Positions 36,451 through 47,056 of a stretch of DNA of 64,000 bases are shown here, piece by piece; positions within the stretch are counted from its first letter, which is position 1, and each line of letters begins with the position of its first letter. The position numbers were made by a program, and so were the translations under genes. Origin of the DNA: Candidatus Bathyarchaeia archaeon. Lineage in GTDB: Archaea > Thermoproteota > Bathyarchaeia > Bathyarchaeales > Bathycorpusculaceae. The DNA is taken from assembly GCA_038883715.1 (NCBI GenBank), contig JAVZLS010000001.1:74430-138429 (forward strand). The letters run 5' to 3'. The notes under the pieces were generated by a model. That model saw nothing but the letters and a program-made list of their open reading frames with translations, did no database searches and was not told where the DNA came from.

Positions 36451-39164
36451 TTAAGTTCTGATGGCCTTTTGCATGAAAATTTCTGGCATAACAAAAAAGC
36501 CCAAGCATGAAAGGGACGCAACAATTATCCATTCAGCTGTGTCTAATTGGATTGTATGAAAAAGAAGGCTTAGTGCGGGGACATAAACGACAGCTAATGT
36601 TGAAGCCACAGATATAAGCACGCTTACAAGCAACCACTTGTTAGTTAAGAAGCCCGTTTTAAAGGCATTTTTGGTTTCTGATCTGCAGTTCCAAACAACC
36701 ACCAACTCGTAGAAACATGCCACCAGGAAAACCATCGTTCTTGCCTTTTCAAGAGAACCTAAAACATTGAAGCCCCACCAAAAAGCAACGATTTCCGCTG
36801 CTAGCTGAATTAACGTGGATGCAAGAATGAAAATTAACATGCCATGCAATAAACCCTCTTTTGGGCTGCGGGGAGGTTTTTCCATAACATCCTCAGCTGG
36901 CGGATCTTTGCTTAAGGATATTGCGGGCGGCCCGTCGGTGACAAGATTCAACCATAAGATCATTGTTGGTAGAAGGGGTATGGGCAAACCAGCTAGGGCA
37001 AAGGACCCTACAAGGATTAGTTCGGTAAAGTTGAGGGCAAGGAGAAATCTGATGAACTTTCTAATGTTGTTGTAAATTATTCGACCTCCTTCAACGGCTT
37101 TTACTATTGTGGCGAAGTTATCGTCTGCCAGAACCATGTCGGAAGCTTCTTTAGCTACGTCTGTTCCGGTTATGCCCATGGCAACGCCAATATCAGCTTG
37201 CTTTAGTGCTGGTGCATCGTTGACGCCGTCCCCCGTCATCGCCACAATGTGCCCCTTCTTTTTCAAAGCCTTAACTATGCGAAGCTTGTGTTCAGGGGAG
37301 ACTCTCGCGTAAACTGTTACTTTTCAACAATATTCTCAAACTCCTTTTCGCTTAACTGGTCCAATTCAGCACCTGTTAAAACTAAGTCGCCCTCATTGTA
37401 TATGCCAACCTCTTTCGCCACAGCGATGGCTGTAAGTTTGTGGTCTCCCGTTATCATCACCGCTTTTATTCCAGCTTTTTGGCATAGTTTAACGGCTTCC
37501 TTGGCTTCTTCTCTTGGCGGGTCAATCATCCCAACAAGTCCGACAAAAACCATGTCGTGTTCGATGCTTTCTTCATCGTATTCGTTATCTAGGCTTGGCA
37601 GAACCTTGTAGGCTAAGCCTAACACCCGAAGCGCTTGACTTGCCATCTCCTCGTTTTTTCTTAGGATTAGTTCCTTTTCCGCCTTGCTAAACTTCTTTTC
37701 CTTCCCATTCATGTATATATGATTGCAAAGCTGCAAGACGACTTCGGGAGAGCCTTTAGTAAAGGCGAAATAGCGCCCATCATCAGTCTTATGCAGCGTT
37801 GTCATACGTTTCCTTTCTGAGCTAAATGGGATTTCGTCCACTCTTGGATACTCTTTTTCAACATCACTCTTCCATATTCCTGCCTTTGCTGCAGCAACAA
37901 TGAGTGCTCCCTCGGTAGGGTCTCCGAGAATTGCTTGTCCATCATAAGAAGCATTATTACATAATGCTCCAATTTTAAGGAGCAACGACGTCCCGGGTTC
38001 AAGAGTGGGGTTTATTTGTGTGCCATCCTTGTGGAACTCGCCGCTTGTTGAGTAACCAGAACCTGTAACATCGATCATCTCGTTGTTGACGAAGATTTTG
38101 CGCGCCGTCATTTCACCTTTTGTCAATGTGCCCGTTTTATCTGAGCATATGACTGTTGTGGAGCCTAAAGTTTCCACGGAGGCAATTCTCCGAATTACCG
38201 CGTTGCGTCTAGCAAGCTCTCTAGCGCCTAGGGCAAGGGTCACAGTAACAATGGCTGGCAAGCCTTCAGGGACGGCGGATACAGCTAAAGCCACGGAAGT
38301 CATAAATATCTCGATGCTGATTACGGCGTTCCGCAGAAACGCAAGCGCTAGAATTGTTAACGCTGCGGCAACAACCACTAAACCAATTTTCTTGGCGAAC
38401 TTATCAAGTTTAGCTTTTAGGGGGATTTCCTCTTTTTCAACTGCTTGGACCATTTCCGCTACTTTGCCGAACTCTGTGCTCATTCCAGTGGCTACAACCA
38501 CCGCTTTCCCTCTTCCATAAACCACATGGGTTGCAGCGAAAACCATGTTTCGCCTTTCAGACACCAGCGTGTTTTCGGGCAAAACCATCGTACTCTTGTT
38601 TATCGGGACAGATTCCCCCGTTAAAACAGCCTCGTTAACCCTAAGTTCAAAAGCTTCGATAACTCTGCCATCAGCAGACGCACGGTCCCCGGCTTCGAGG
38701 ACCAGAATATCTCCGGGAACAACTTCCCTCGCTGGAATTGAAACTTCTTTGCCATCCCGCAGCACTCTCGCTTTAGGAGCCACCAGTTTCTCCATGGCTT
38801 CTATTGCCTTTTCCGACCTATACTCTTGTATGAAGCCAACAACAGCGTTGAGAATAACGATGGCGCCAATCACTATCGCGTCAGCATATGTCTCTATTGC
38901 TGCATGAGGTTTAGTTGCGGTTTCAGCTTCAAGCCAGCCAATTACGGTTGAAATAACAATGGCTGCTAACAAAATCAGTGTGAAAACATTTTTGAACTGA
39001 AGTATGAAAATCTTAAACGGGGAGGTTCTTTTTCGCCTTTCAAACTCGTTATAACCGAATTTACGTAGCCTAAGCGCAGCTTCTTCAGTGCTCAAGCCCT
39101 TCCGGTCGGAATTCAAAGCATGTAGAACATCCTCTACATCCATTGCATGCCATTGATGAGCCAA
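36451..39164 (-). pseudogene. P-type (IIA, Ca2+-type) cation-transporting ATPase interrupted by a 1-nt frameshift (pseudogene or assembly error)
   Basis: TGES, PEGLP, DKTGT, KGSPE, MITGD in 37317-39164; TGDGVNDAP and NLVTDG in 36451-37266. Adding one A to the run at 37321-37324 gives continuous EKVTVYARVSPEHKLRIVKALKKKGH and a 904-aa ORF. Confidence 0.88.
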
Positions 39165-39403
39165 GCTTCTTCCCTATTAGCCATGTCGCCGTCAATCTAA
39201 CCGATATTCTAACAAACGCGGGGGATAATTTTGAGAATCTAACATATAATCCTTTTAGTCATCAATTTGGATAATTTTTGCAAAATCTAGAGGGGGCTAT
39301 CCAATTTATGTTTGCTATAACTCATAAATTTGATGTTGCGTGTTGCAAAATGCTTTTACCTTTGGTTTTCCGCTATTCCTATAGCATTGAGGTTTAAACC
39401 GCT

Positions 39404-42280
39404 TTGAAAGAGCAGCCCAAAAATGCTTTTGACCTTCTAGTTAAGCCTGTTCGCCGCTTGATTGAGCAGAGGGGATTCTCAAAACCCACAGAGCCTCAAG
39501 AAAAGACTATTCCGCTCATCCTTGAAGGGAAAAATGTTCTGCTTATTTCGCCAACAGCGACCGGCAAGACCGAAGCCGCCTTCTTGCCCGTTTTGAGCAT
39601 GCTATTGCAGGAGCCACACACTCCAGGCATAAAAGTGCTTTACATCACGCCTCTGAGGGCTTTAAACCGGGACATGCTGGAACGCCTTGAATGGTGGTGT
39701 AACAATCTAGACATTAAGCTGGCTGTTAGGCATGGCGACACAGAAACCCGCGAACGGACAAGGCAAGCGCGGAGTCCACCGGACGTTTTGATAACAACGC
39801 CTGAAACTCTGCAGGCTATTTTGGTTGGCTGGATTATGAGGCAGCACTTGCAGCAAGTCCGCTGGGTCGTAATTGATGAGGTTCATGAGATGGCTGACAG
39901 TAAACGTGGAAGCCAGCTTGCCCTAAGCCTTGAAAGGCTCAGAACAATGATTGGGAGAGACTTCCAAATAATAGGCTTGTCAGCCACCATTGGCAGCCCT
40001 GAAAGGGTAGCCCAATTCCTCGTTGGAAACGGCCGCCCAATAGAGATTGTACGAGTTCCAGTTGCTAGAAAAATGCATTTGAAAATACTTTTCCCAAAGC
40101 CTAAACCAGAAGACTTTGGACTGGCAGAACAGCTTTACACGCACCCAGAGGTGGCGGCCAGGCTTAGGGTTATCCGCGATTACATAAGCCGCCATAGATC
40201 GGTTCTTCTCTTCACAAATACACGTGCCATATCAGAGGTTTTGGCAAGCCGCTTCAAAGTCTGGGACATAGACTTCCCAGTTTCCATACATCATGGCTCT
40301 TTGGCCAAGCCCTCCCGTATAGCAGCAGAAAGAGGCCTAAAAAATGGCGAGTTGAAGGGCCTAGTTTGCACCAGCAGCCTAGAGCTTGGCATAGATGTGG
40401 GCCGCATAGACCTAGTCATACAGTACATGAGCCCCCGCCAAGTTACAAGGCTCATCCAGCGGGTTGGAAGAAGCGGCCACAGAATTGGGCGCATAGCCGA
40501 GGGAATAATTGTAACAATGGATTCCGACGACACGTTGGAGGCTCTAGCTATAGCAAGACGTGCCCTAAAAGAGGATTTAGAACCAGTCGAAATTCCTCCA
40601 AAACCCTACGACGCCCTAGCCCACCAAATTGCCGGACTACTCCTAAAACAGAAAAGGCTTGAGTTTGGCGAAATCTTGGAAATGTTTAGGAAAGCCTACC
40701 CCTACGCCGACCTAACAATGGAAGACATCGAAAAAATTTTACGCTATATGCATGAACGCTTCCCGAGACTTGCGTGGGTTTCCTTCGAAGACAAAGTAGT
40801 TCTGAAACCTCGCAGGACAAAGGCGCTTTTCGAATATTATTTTGACAATTTGTCCATGATACCAGAAGAAAAGCAGTACCTAGTAGTGGATGAGACAACA
40901 GACCAAGCTGTGGGAATTTTAGATGAAGCCTTCATGGCGGAGTATGGCAAGCCAGGAATAAAGTTCATAATCCGTGGAAGCCCATGGCGAATCCTCCACA
41001 TTTCAGGCGACAAGGTTTACGTAAAGCCGGTTGACGACCCTACTGGAGCTATTCCAAGCTGGATAGGCGAGGAAATCCCAGTGCCCTTTGAGGTCGCCCA
41101 AGAGGTCGGCTACATCCGTGGTTTTGTTGAAGAGCAAACCCGCAAGGGTCTGCCTCCAGAAGAGATTGCATCTAAACTCAGCGAAAGCTATCCGGCAGAA
41201 AAAGAGACAATTTTGGACGCTTTAGCCGAGACCGTTGAGCAAGTGGCTGCTGGAATATCTGTTCCAACGGATAATCGAATAACCGTCGAAGACTGGGAGG
41301 ACTTCGTCATAGTCCATGCCCACTTCGGTTCTCTTACGAACAGGGCACTAGCCCAACTTGTTGGACAACTCCTATCCGGAAGGGTTGGTTACGGCATAGT
41401 GGTTCAACACGACCCATACCGCATATTCATACAAACAATGGGTGCTGCAGACGCCGACCAAATTGTCACATTGTTCGATGAAATGGCTTTAATGGGCGAG
41501 CAAACCGTCAGAGACACCTTGACAAGGGCTACTGTTAAGACTGGCATTTTTAAGAGGCGAATGATTCACGTGGCAAGACGCTTCGGCGCACTGGAGAAGT
41601 GGGCTGACTTCAGCAATGTGAGCCTCCAAAGACTTTTGAAAAGCTTCGAGGGAACCCCAATATTTGAGGAAGCCCTTAAAGAGGTTTTCACAAAAGACTT
41701 GGACGTTGAAAGGCTCGTCCAGGTTTTAGAGAAAATCCGCAGGGGCGAAATAGAAATTGTTAAGGTTGAAACTGGCGGAACTGCCACTCCAGTTGCTCGT
41801 GTTGGCATTGAACGCGTCAGCATGAAAACAGACCTCATCCCACCTGAAAGGATGCGAGCCGTGCTCATAGAATCCGCAAAAGCAAGGCTGTTGAACGAAA
41901 CATGCAATCTCATCTGCACAAACTGCTGGAGCTACACAGATATGATACGCGTCAAAGACTTGCCAGCAAAACCAAAATGTCCAAAGTGTGGCTCCGGAGC
42001 CATCGGGCTTCTAAGGGTTGAGGAAGAGAAGGTCTTGCCACTGGTGGAGAAGAGGGGCGAAAAGCTCACAAAAAGTGAGGAGAAAATTCAGAGACAAGCC
42101 CTACAAACAGCCCGCCTAATAGAAAAGTATGGCAAGGCGGCGGCGGTAGCCCTCTGCGCAAGAAAGGTTCAGCCATCAGACGTTAAAGAAGTTCTTGAAA
42201 AGGAAGCCATGCTCACGGATAGGTTCTATGAGCTTGTTTTAGAGGCTGAACGCAAAGCCATAAGCAAAAGATTCTGGTAG
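39404..42280 (+). CDS. lhr: Lhr-family SF2 DEAD/DEAH helicase with C-terminal zinc finger
   Basis: PTATGKT, TPLRALN, TTPETL, DEVH, LSAT, HHGSL, SSLELGID, QRVGRSGH; C-terminal CTNC..CPKC. Confidence 0.93.
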   Translation: MKEQPKNAFDLLVKPVRRLIEQRGFSKPTEPQEKTIPLILEGKNVLLISPTATGKTEAAFLPVLSMLLQEPHTPGIKVLYITPLRALNRDMLERLEWWCNNLDIKLAVRHGDTETRERTRQARSPPDVLITTPETLQAILVGWIMRQHLQQVRWVVIDEVHEMADSKRGSQLALSLERLRTMIGRDFQIIGLSATIGSPERVAQFLVGNGRPIEIVRVPVARKMHLKILFPKPKPEDFGLAEQLYTHPEVAARLRVIRDYISRHRSVLLFTNTRAISEVLASRFKVWDIDFPVSIHHGSLAKPSRIAAERGLKNGELKGLVCTSSLELGIDVGRIDLVIQYMSPRQVTRLIQRVGRSGHRIGRIAEGIIVTMDSDDTLEALAIARRALKEDLEPVEIPPKPYDALAHQIAGLLLKQKRLEFGEILEMFRKAYPYADLTMEDIEKILRYMHERFPRLAWVSFEDKVVLKPRRTKALFEYYFDNLSMIPEEKQYLVVDETTDQAVGILDEAFMAEYGKPGIKFIIRGSPWRILHISGDKVYVKPVDDPTGAIPSWIGEEIPVPFEVAQEVGYIRGFVEEQTRKGLPPEEIASKLSESYPAEKETILDALAETVEQVAAGISVPTDNRITVEDWEDFVIVHAHFGSLTNRALAQLVGQLLSGRVGYGIVVQHDPYRIFIQTMGAADADQIVTLFDEMALMGEQTVRDTLTRATVKTGIFKRRMIHVARRFGALEKWADFSNVSLQRLLKSFEGTPIFEEALKEVFTKDLDVERLVQVLEKIRRGEIEIVKVETGGTATPVARVGIERVSMKTDLIPPERMRAVLIESAKARLLNETCNLICTNCWSYTDMIRVKDLPAKPKCPKCGSGAIGLLRVEEEKVLPLVEKRGEKLTKSEEKIQRQALQTARLIEKYGKAAAVALCARKVQPSDVKEVLEKEAMLTDRFYELVLEAERKAISKRFW

Positions 42281-42372
42281 AAGGGCTGAGAGACTTACAA
42301 CAACTTTTAAATGGGAGACCACGTTAATCTGGGTGAGCACGACTTTCAGCAACAGTGGAGAGATAAAGAAGT

Positions 42373-42699
42373 TTGGAGATAAGCCGAAAAAGACTCCGAG
42401 AAGAAGTCCTAAACAGGATAAAGTATGTTAAAAACTGTGTTTTGGCAAGGGAACTATGCCTCCTAATCAGAACAAACAGAGCCGTCCTCGAGCCAAAAGA
42501 TGTGCAGGAAATATGCCTCTACATTTCAGGCTTATGCAAGGAGGAAGGATGCGAAGAACCAAGCGAGCTCTGCCGAAAGGCAGCAGAAGCCATTGGCGCA
42601 GGAGACGAGGAGAAATATTTGGAGTTATGCGCTCAAAGCGCCATGAAATGTGGAGAGTCTAGACGCCCAACACCTAAGAGAGCCACCTACGTTGCCTAG
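42373..42699 (+). CDS. Small Cys-rich hypothetical protein
   Basis: 108 aa, eight Cys, helical; GGAG RBS-like element upstream. Confidence 0.65.
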   Translation: MEISRKRLREEVLNRIKYVKNCVLARELCLLIRTNRAVLEPKDVQEICLYISGLCKEEGCEEPSELCRKAAEAIGAGDEEKYLELCAQSAMKCGESRRPTPKRATYVA

Positions 42700-42744
42700 C
42701 AAAGGGGAAAATCTTTAAAAGAATAAAGTATCGGTAAAACCAAG

Positions 42745-43236
42745 ATGGAGGCATGCTCACTGTTCATAGCCCCATATGTCCCAACTCCGCTCCCAGTTGT
42801 CCGTCACATGCTTATTTTGGCACAGTTAAAACCCGGCGAGGTTTTCTTTGACCTTGGCGCCGGAGACGGCAGAACAGTAATAATGGCTGCTAAAGAATTT
42901 GGTGCAAGAGCGGTAGGCGTAGAACTACGCGAAGACCTTGCAAAAAGAGCCCTAAGCACGGTGTACGAAGAGGGGCTTCAAGACAGAGTGACAATAGTTA
43001 ACGGCGACATGTTCAACGTTGACCTCTCATCAGCTGATGTTGTATTCCTATACTTAACTACAAGCGCCAATGAAAAGATAAAACCAAAACTTGAGGCTGA
43101 ACTTAAGCCTGGAGCCCGCGTCGTATCCCACGACTACGAAATTGTGGGGTGGAGACCATTAAAAGTTGAAAACTTCTGCGAAAACCCAAAGCTTGGATAC
43201 CCATCCCACACAATATACCTTTACAGGAAAGTTTAA
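42745..43236 (+). CDS. Class I SAM methyltransferase, archaeal protein-lysine methyltransferase (aKMT/FAM173)-like
   Basis: APYVPTP, FDLGAGDGR, VGVE, DVVFLYL, LKPGARVVSHDY. Confidence 0.82.
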   Translation: MEACSLFIAPYVPTPLPVVRHMLILAQLKPGEVFFDLGAGDGRTVIMAAKEFGARAVGVELREDLAKRALSTVYEEGLQDRVTIVNGDMFNVDLSSADVVFLYLTTSANEKIKPKLEAELKPGARVVSHDYEIVGWRPLKVENFCENPKLGYPSHTIYLYRKV

Positions 43237-43262
43237 GCCCTCTAACAAAGACTGGGACAGGC

Positions 43263-43676
43263 ATGCCCCAATCATTTAAAACGCTATACAAGGTTTTGTG
43301 GCTGGACACGGATGCAGCCCAAATAGTCCACTTCCTAAACTTTTTCAAGTTTTTCGAAATAGCCGAAGAAGAGTTCTACCAGCATCTTAAACTCATAGAC
43401 CTGTTTGCCTCCAAAGATTTGATAATGCCCAGAGTTGAAGCCTTCTGCAAATATCGGAAACCAGCAAAGTTCAATGATCTACTGGAAATAGAGCTAACAG
43501 TGGATGAAGTGGGGGAAAAATCCGTAAAATACGGCTTCAAAATCTACAACAAGGAGACTGCGGAACTGTTAGCAGACGGCTACATTGTGGCTGTCGCCGC
43601 AAACAGACACACACTGAAAGCCATGGAAATCCCAAAGGAAGTTGCTGAAAAACTCAAAGCCTATTACAACGGCTGA
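43263..43676 (+). CDS. Acyl-CoA thioesterase (4HBT/YbgC hotdog family)
   Basis: WLDTDAAQIVHF.NFFKFFE..E, PRVEAFCKYRKPAKFND. Confidence 0.88.
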   Translation: MPQSFKTLYKVLWLDTDAAQIVHFLNFFKFFEIAEEEFYQHLKLIDLFASKDLIMPRVEAFCKYRKPAKFNDLLEIELTVDEVGEKSVKYGFKIYNKETAELLADGYIVAVAANRHTLKAMEIPKEVAEKLKAYYNG

Positions 43677-43756
43677 GGAGGGAAAATAAACCTTTAATCC
43701 GAGACCTTAAACTTCAAAATTTTGAAAAATCAGTAAAGGCTTAAGGGCAAAAGGCT

Positions 43757-44272
43757 ATGCTGTTCGTTCCATGGCAGTACATTGCAGACTGGAAATGCAA
43801 CACTTGCGGCTTATGCTGCAAAGCCTACAGCGTAGTCCTAAACTTCCAAGAATGGCTAAAAATAGTAAAAAACTACGGCGTAGAAACAACAGTTTCAGGA
43901 TTAAACAAGCTATATTTGCGAAGAAAAAGCGACGGCTCATGCATATTCCTCTACAAAGTGGCAGACATGCACCTATGCGGACTACAACACATGAAGCCAG
44001 CAGCCTGCAAGCTCTGGCCCTTCAAAATTTTAGCCACACCAAAGTTTGGATACGCAAAGGAAGCCTTGTACCATTACAGCGGGAAAGCACTATACATATA
44101 TGCTGACTCCACATGCACAGGTCTAATTTATGGAAGGCCAACATGGGAGTTTGCAAATCAAACCCTAAAAGAGTTTATAGAAATCGCCATAGGAATCCGC
44201 AGCGACCAAAAAAGAAGCAAGGCCAACGTTAATCTTATCCAACAATACCCATCAGCGAGAAGGCTTTTCTGA
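43757..44272 (+). CDS. YkgJ-family cysteine cluster protein
   Basis: WKCNTCGLCC, DGSCIFL, LCGLQHMKPAACKLWPF. Confidence 0.87.
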   Translation: MLFVPWQYIADWKCNTCGLCCKAYSVVLNFQEWLKIVKNYGVETTVSGLNKLYLRRKSDGSCIFLYKVADMHLCGLQHMKPAACKLWPFKILATPKFGYAKEALYHYSGKALYIYADSTCTGLIYGRPTWEFANQTLKEFIEIAIGIRSDQKRSKANVNLIQQYPSARRLF

Positions 44273-44325
44273 GTTTCAAACGCGGTATTTTTATCGATTC
44301 AGAGGTGGCGGTCTCAAAGAATCTA

Positions 44326-44365
44326 TATGTAAAAAAAAGTTTATATATAAGAAATTGTTTACATA
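44326..44365. promoter_or_regulatory. Inverted repeat TATGTAAA-N24-TTTACATA bracketing a TATA box upstream of the ArsR gene
   Basis: Arms at 44326-44333 and 44358-44365; TTTATATA at 44340-44347. Confidence 0.45.
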
Positions 44366-44382
44366 GTCAGAGGAGAGCTGAT

Positions 44383-44709
44383 TTGAATGAAGATGCGAGC
44401 GAGCAGATGGTGAAGAAATTGAAAGCTTTAGCAAACCCCTTAAGACTAAAAATGATTGCGTCTCTATGTGAAAAGCCAAAAAGTGTTTATACATTAGCCA
44501 AGGAACTAAATCTTCCATACCCACTAGCCCATCTCCACCTTAACGGGCTTAAAAAACTTGGGCTAGTTAAGGAAGTTAGGGAGGAAAAGAAAAAGGAAGG
44601 TCTTCCACCTGTTAAGTACTATGCGCCAACCGATTTTAAATTAGTTTTAACCCCCAAGGAAATTAAGGAGCTTTTCAAAAAAGGAAACGGAGGCGAAATG
44701 AATGGCTAG
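44383..44709 (+). CDS. ArsR-family winged HTH regulator
   Basis: LKALANPLRLKMI, SVYTLAKELNLPYPLAHLHLNGLKKLGLV; AGGAG RBS supports a start near TTG 44383. Confidence 0.88.
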   Translation: MNEDASEQMVKKLKALANPLRLKMIASLCEKPKSVYTLAKELNLPYPLAHLHLNGLKKLGLVKEVREEKKKEGLPPVKYYAPTDFKLVLTPKEIKELFKKGNGGEMNG

Positions 44710-45031
44710 AGCTTCCATTTTAACAGCTCTTACGATAATACTTCTCGGCTTTGGAGTGCCAGCAATTTCGATATACTCTTCTGTATTCCACGGCTTTAAT
44801 GTTATAGTTGCAGGGTTGGTGGCGATATTTGCGCTGATAGTCGCTGGAGTCCTTGTCATTATAGGGTTGGCGATGGGTTCTGAGGAATTACCTTCTACGA
44901 AAGTTAAACCGTCAGAAATGGAAAAGTTGAACCTCCTACGCGCCCACCAAAGAGCAACATTAGAGGAACTGGACGAAATTATTGTTGTACTTAGGGAAAT
45001 TAGAGACGTGTTAAAAGCTGCACAAGAGTAA
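44702..45031 (+). CDS. Two-TM membrane protein with C-terminal coiled coil (LREIRDVLK)
   Basis: Two hydrophobic helices then an amphipathic helix; overlaps the ArsR stop. Confidence 0.75.
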   Translation: MARASILTALTIILLGFGVPAISIYSSVFHGFNVIVAGLVAIFALIVAGVLVIIGLAMGSEELPSTKVKPSEMEKLNLLRAHQRATLEELDEIIVVLREIRDVLKAAQE

Positions 45032-45045
45032 TGGGGGAAAGTTGA

Positions 45046-45180
45046 ATGGCGAAGGAGTTAAAGTATGTAAAATTTTCCGACGAGGATGTTATAAGAGAAA
45101 CCGAAAAACGCCTTAAAGAAATGAAAGCCCTTCTCATTGAAATACGCGATCTGTTGAAGGCAACTGGAGGATTTGAATAA
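45046..45180 (+). CDS. 44-aa small coiled-coil protein (missed by the ORF track)
   Basis: MAKELKYVKFSDEDVIRETEKRLKEMKALLIEIRDLLKATGGFE*; purine-rich RBS; fills the operon gap; shares the L.EIRD.LKA motif with the upstream protein. Confidence 0.7.
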   Translation: MAKELKYVKFSDEDVIRETEKRLKEMKALLIEIRDLLKATGGFE

Positions 45181-45192
45181 GGAGGGATAAAT

Positions 45193-46041
45193 TTGAGCGG
45201 CGAAGAAAAAATGCGTAAATATGAAAAAGAGCTCCGTCGAGTGAGTGTTCCAACAACTCATGTTAGTGGTTCTGGGAAAGTTCATATAGATGGCGTCGGT
45301 GACATTCAAATATCTGGCTCAGGTTTTGTTTCTCCGCAGGAAATAAAAATCAGCGGAAGTGGCCGCTTACCAGGCGGATTAAAAACTGAAAGATTGAAGT
45401 GCGCCGGAAGTGTTTCTATAGAAGGGGATATAGAGGCTGAGGAAATGGACTTTTCGGGTTCAGCTTCAATTGCTGGCAGTGTTAAAGCTAAAAGTTTATC
45501 GGCTTCTGGGAGCTTCTCGGTGGATGGTAGTGTGCAAGGTTCATCACTGAAAGTGGCTGGTTCTTGCAGGGTTGGAAGCGCAATTGAATTGGAAAATGCT
45601 TTGCATGTTCTCGGTTCATTTAGGGTGTCAGGTGATGTCAGAGCTGGAAAGTACATGGAACTCCGTGGGAAACTCGACATCGATGGCAAAATTGTAACTG
45701 AGGATTTTAAGGCTGAATTAGATAGGCACGAATCTTATGCGCGTGGCGGAATTGAAGCAGTTAACGTTGAAATTAAAAAGAGGGACATTGAGGGCATAGT
45801 GATTTTTGGAATACCAATTTTTGGCATAGTCTCACGCTACGGAAAACTGTACGCCAGCGATATTATAGCCAAAGAGAAAGTTTACTTGGAAAATGTTTGC
45901 TGCGAAAATGTTATTGGAAAGGATGTAACCATAGGTGAAGGCTGCATCATTAAAGGAAGCGTGAAGTATTCAAATACCATATCTGTTCATCCAAAAGCAA
46001 AACTCGCGAATCCTCCAGAGAAAATAGACTTGAAAGGGTGA
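45193..46041 (+). CDS. Polymer-forming cytoskeletal (bactofilin/YhbE-like) beta-helix protein
   Basis: Repeats ISGSG, CAGS.SI.G, FSGSA.I.G, ASGS..V.G; C-terminal VYLENV..ENVIGKDVTIGEGC.I. Confidence 0.75.
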   Translation: MSGEEKMRKYEKELRRVSVPTTHVSGSGKVHIDGVGDIQISGSGFVSPQEIKISGSGRLPGGLKTERLKCAGSVSIEGDIEAEEMDFSGSASIAGSVKAKSLSASGSFSVDGSVQGSSLKVAGSCRVGSAIELENALHVLGSFRVSGDVRAGKYMELRGKLDIDGKIVTEDFKAELDRHESYARGGIEAVNVEIKKRDIEGIVIFGIPIFGIVSRYGKLYASDIIAKEKVYLENVCCENVIGKDVTIGEGCIIKGSVKYSNTISVHPKAKLANPPEKIDLKG

Positions 46042-46108
46042 ACACATATCCGCTCATTTATGCCCACATTATTTAACTTCGTGATCCATTTTAAACAATA
46101 ACCAAGGC

Positions 46109-47056
46109 ATGTGTGGGCGCTTTATGGAAGCTGTAAAATCCATAGATCTCAGGAAAACATATCATGGAAAGGAGATTGTTGAGGCTTTAAAAGGCGTTAA
46201 TATATGCATCAAAAAAGGCGAGCTTTTTACTTTGTTAGGCCCTAACGGGGCTGGCAAAACCACCTTTTTGAGGATTATTTCCACGCAGTTGCTGCCAACA
46301 AGTGGAGAAGCCTATGTTTTAGGTTTCCACGTTTTGCATGAAGCTGAAAAATTGCGGGAGCACATAGCTGTTGTTCCGCAAGATGTTGCCACTTATGGCA
46401 ATTTTACGCCTTGGGAGTACTGCTACTATTTTTCACTGCTTCGCGGCATGACAAAGCAAAAAGCTAAAGAATTGTCTGAAAAAGCCTTGAAGGCTGTTGA
46501 ATTGTGGGATTTGCGAAATAGGACATGTGCAACGCTTTCCGGTGGCGAAAAGAAGAGGGCAATAATTGCAGCGACCTTGGCTTCAGATGCTGAAGTGTTA
46601 ATGCTGGATGAGCCTACAAGCGGCTTAGACGCTGTTGCACGAAGAAAAGTCTGGGCCGTTTTGAGAGAGATGGTTGAGCATGGCAAAACGATTCTTTTAA
46701 CAACCCACATAATGGAGGAAGCCGAGATGGTTTCTGACAGACTAGCCATAATCAATAAGGGCCAGCTGATTGTCCAAGGAACGGTTGAGGAAATTAAGAA
46801 CTTGGCTGAGGAAAAGTTTAGGGTTGTGGTTGAAGGAAGCCCAAAATTTTTGGAGAAGTTCGCTAACAACCATTCTTCGGTGAGTTTTGGAAGCAAACGG
46901 GTAATCTACGTAGATGATAGAGACGAAGCCATAGAACTTGTAGGAAAGGCCTTAAAAAGCGGGTTGAAAGCGGAAGCCGCACCCATCACACTTGAAGACG
47001 TGTTCGTAAAGCTTGTTGGAGGAGTGGAGTTAAATGAAACTCAGAAAAATGGTTAA
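46109..47056 (+). CDS. ABC-2 type exporter ATP-binding protein
   Basis: GPNGAGKTT, LSGGEK, LDEPTSGLD, LTTH. Confidence 0.94.
   Translation: MCGRFMEAVKSIDLRKTYHGKEIVEALKGVNICIKKGELFTLLGPNGAGKTTFLRIISTQLLPTSGEAYVLGFHVLHEAEKLREHIAVVPQDVATYGNFTPWEYCYYFSLLRGMTKQKAKELSEKALKAVELWDLRNRTCATLSGGEKKRAIIAATLASDAEVLMLDEPTSGLDAVARRKVWAVLREMVEHGKTILLTTHIMEEAEMVSDRLAIINKGQLIVQGTVEEIKNLAEEKFRVVVEGSPKFLEKFANNHSSVSFGSKRVIYVDDRDEAIELVGKALKSGLKAEAAPITLEDVFVKLVGGVELNETQKNG

Noticed and set aside
36451-37266. Independent 271-aa ATPase C-terminal gene
   Set aside because: It is the continuation of 37317-39164 after a 1-nt frameshift
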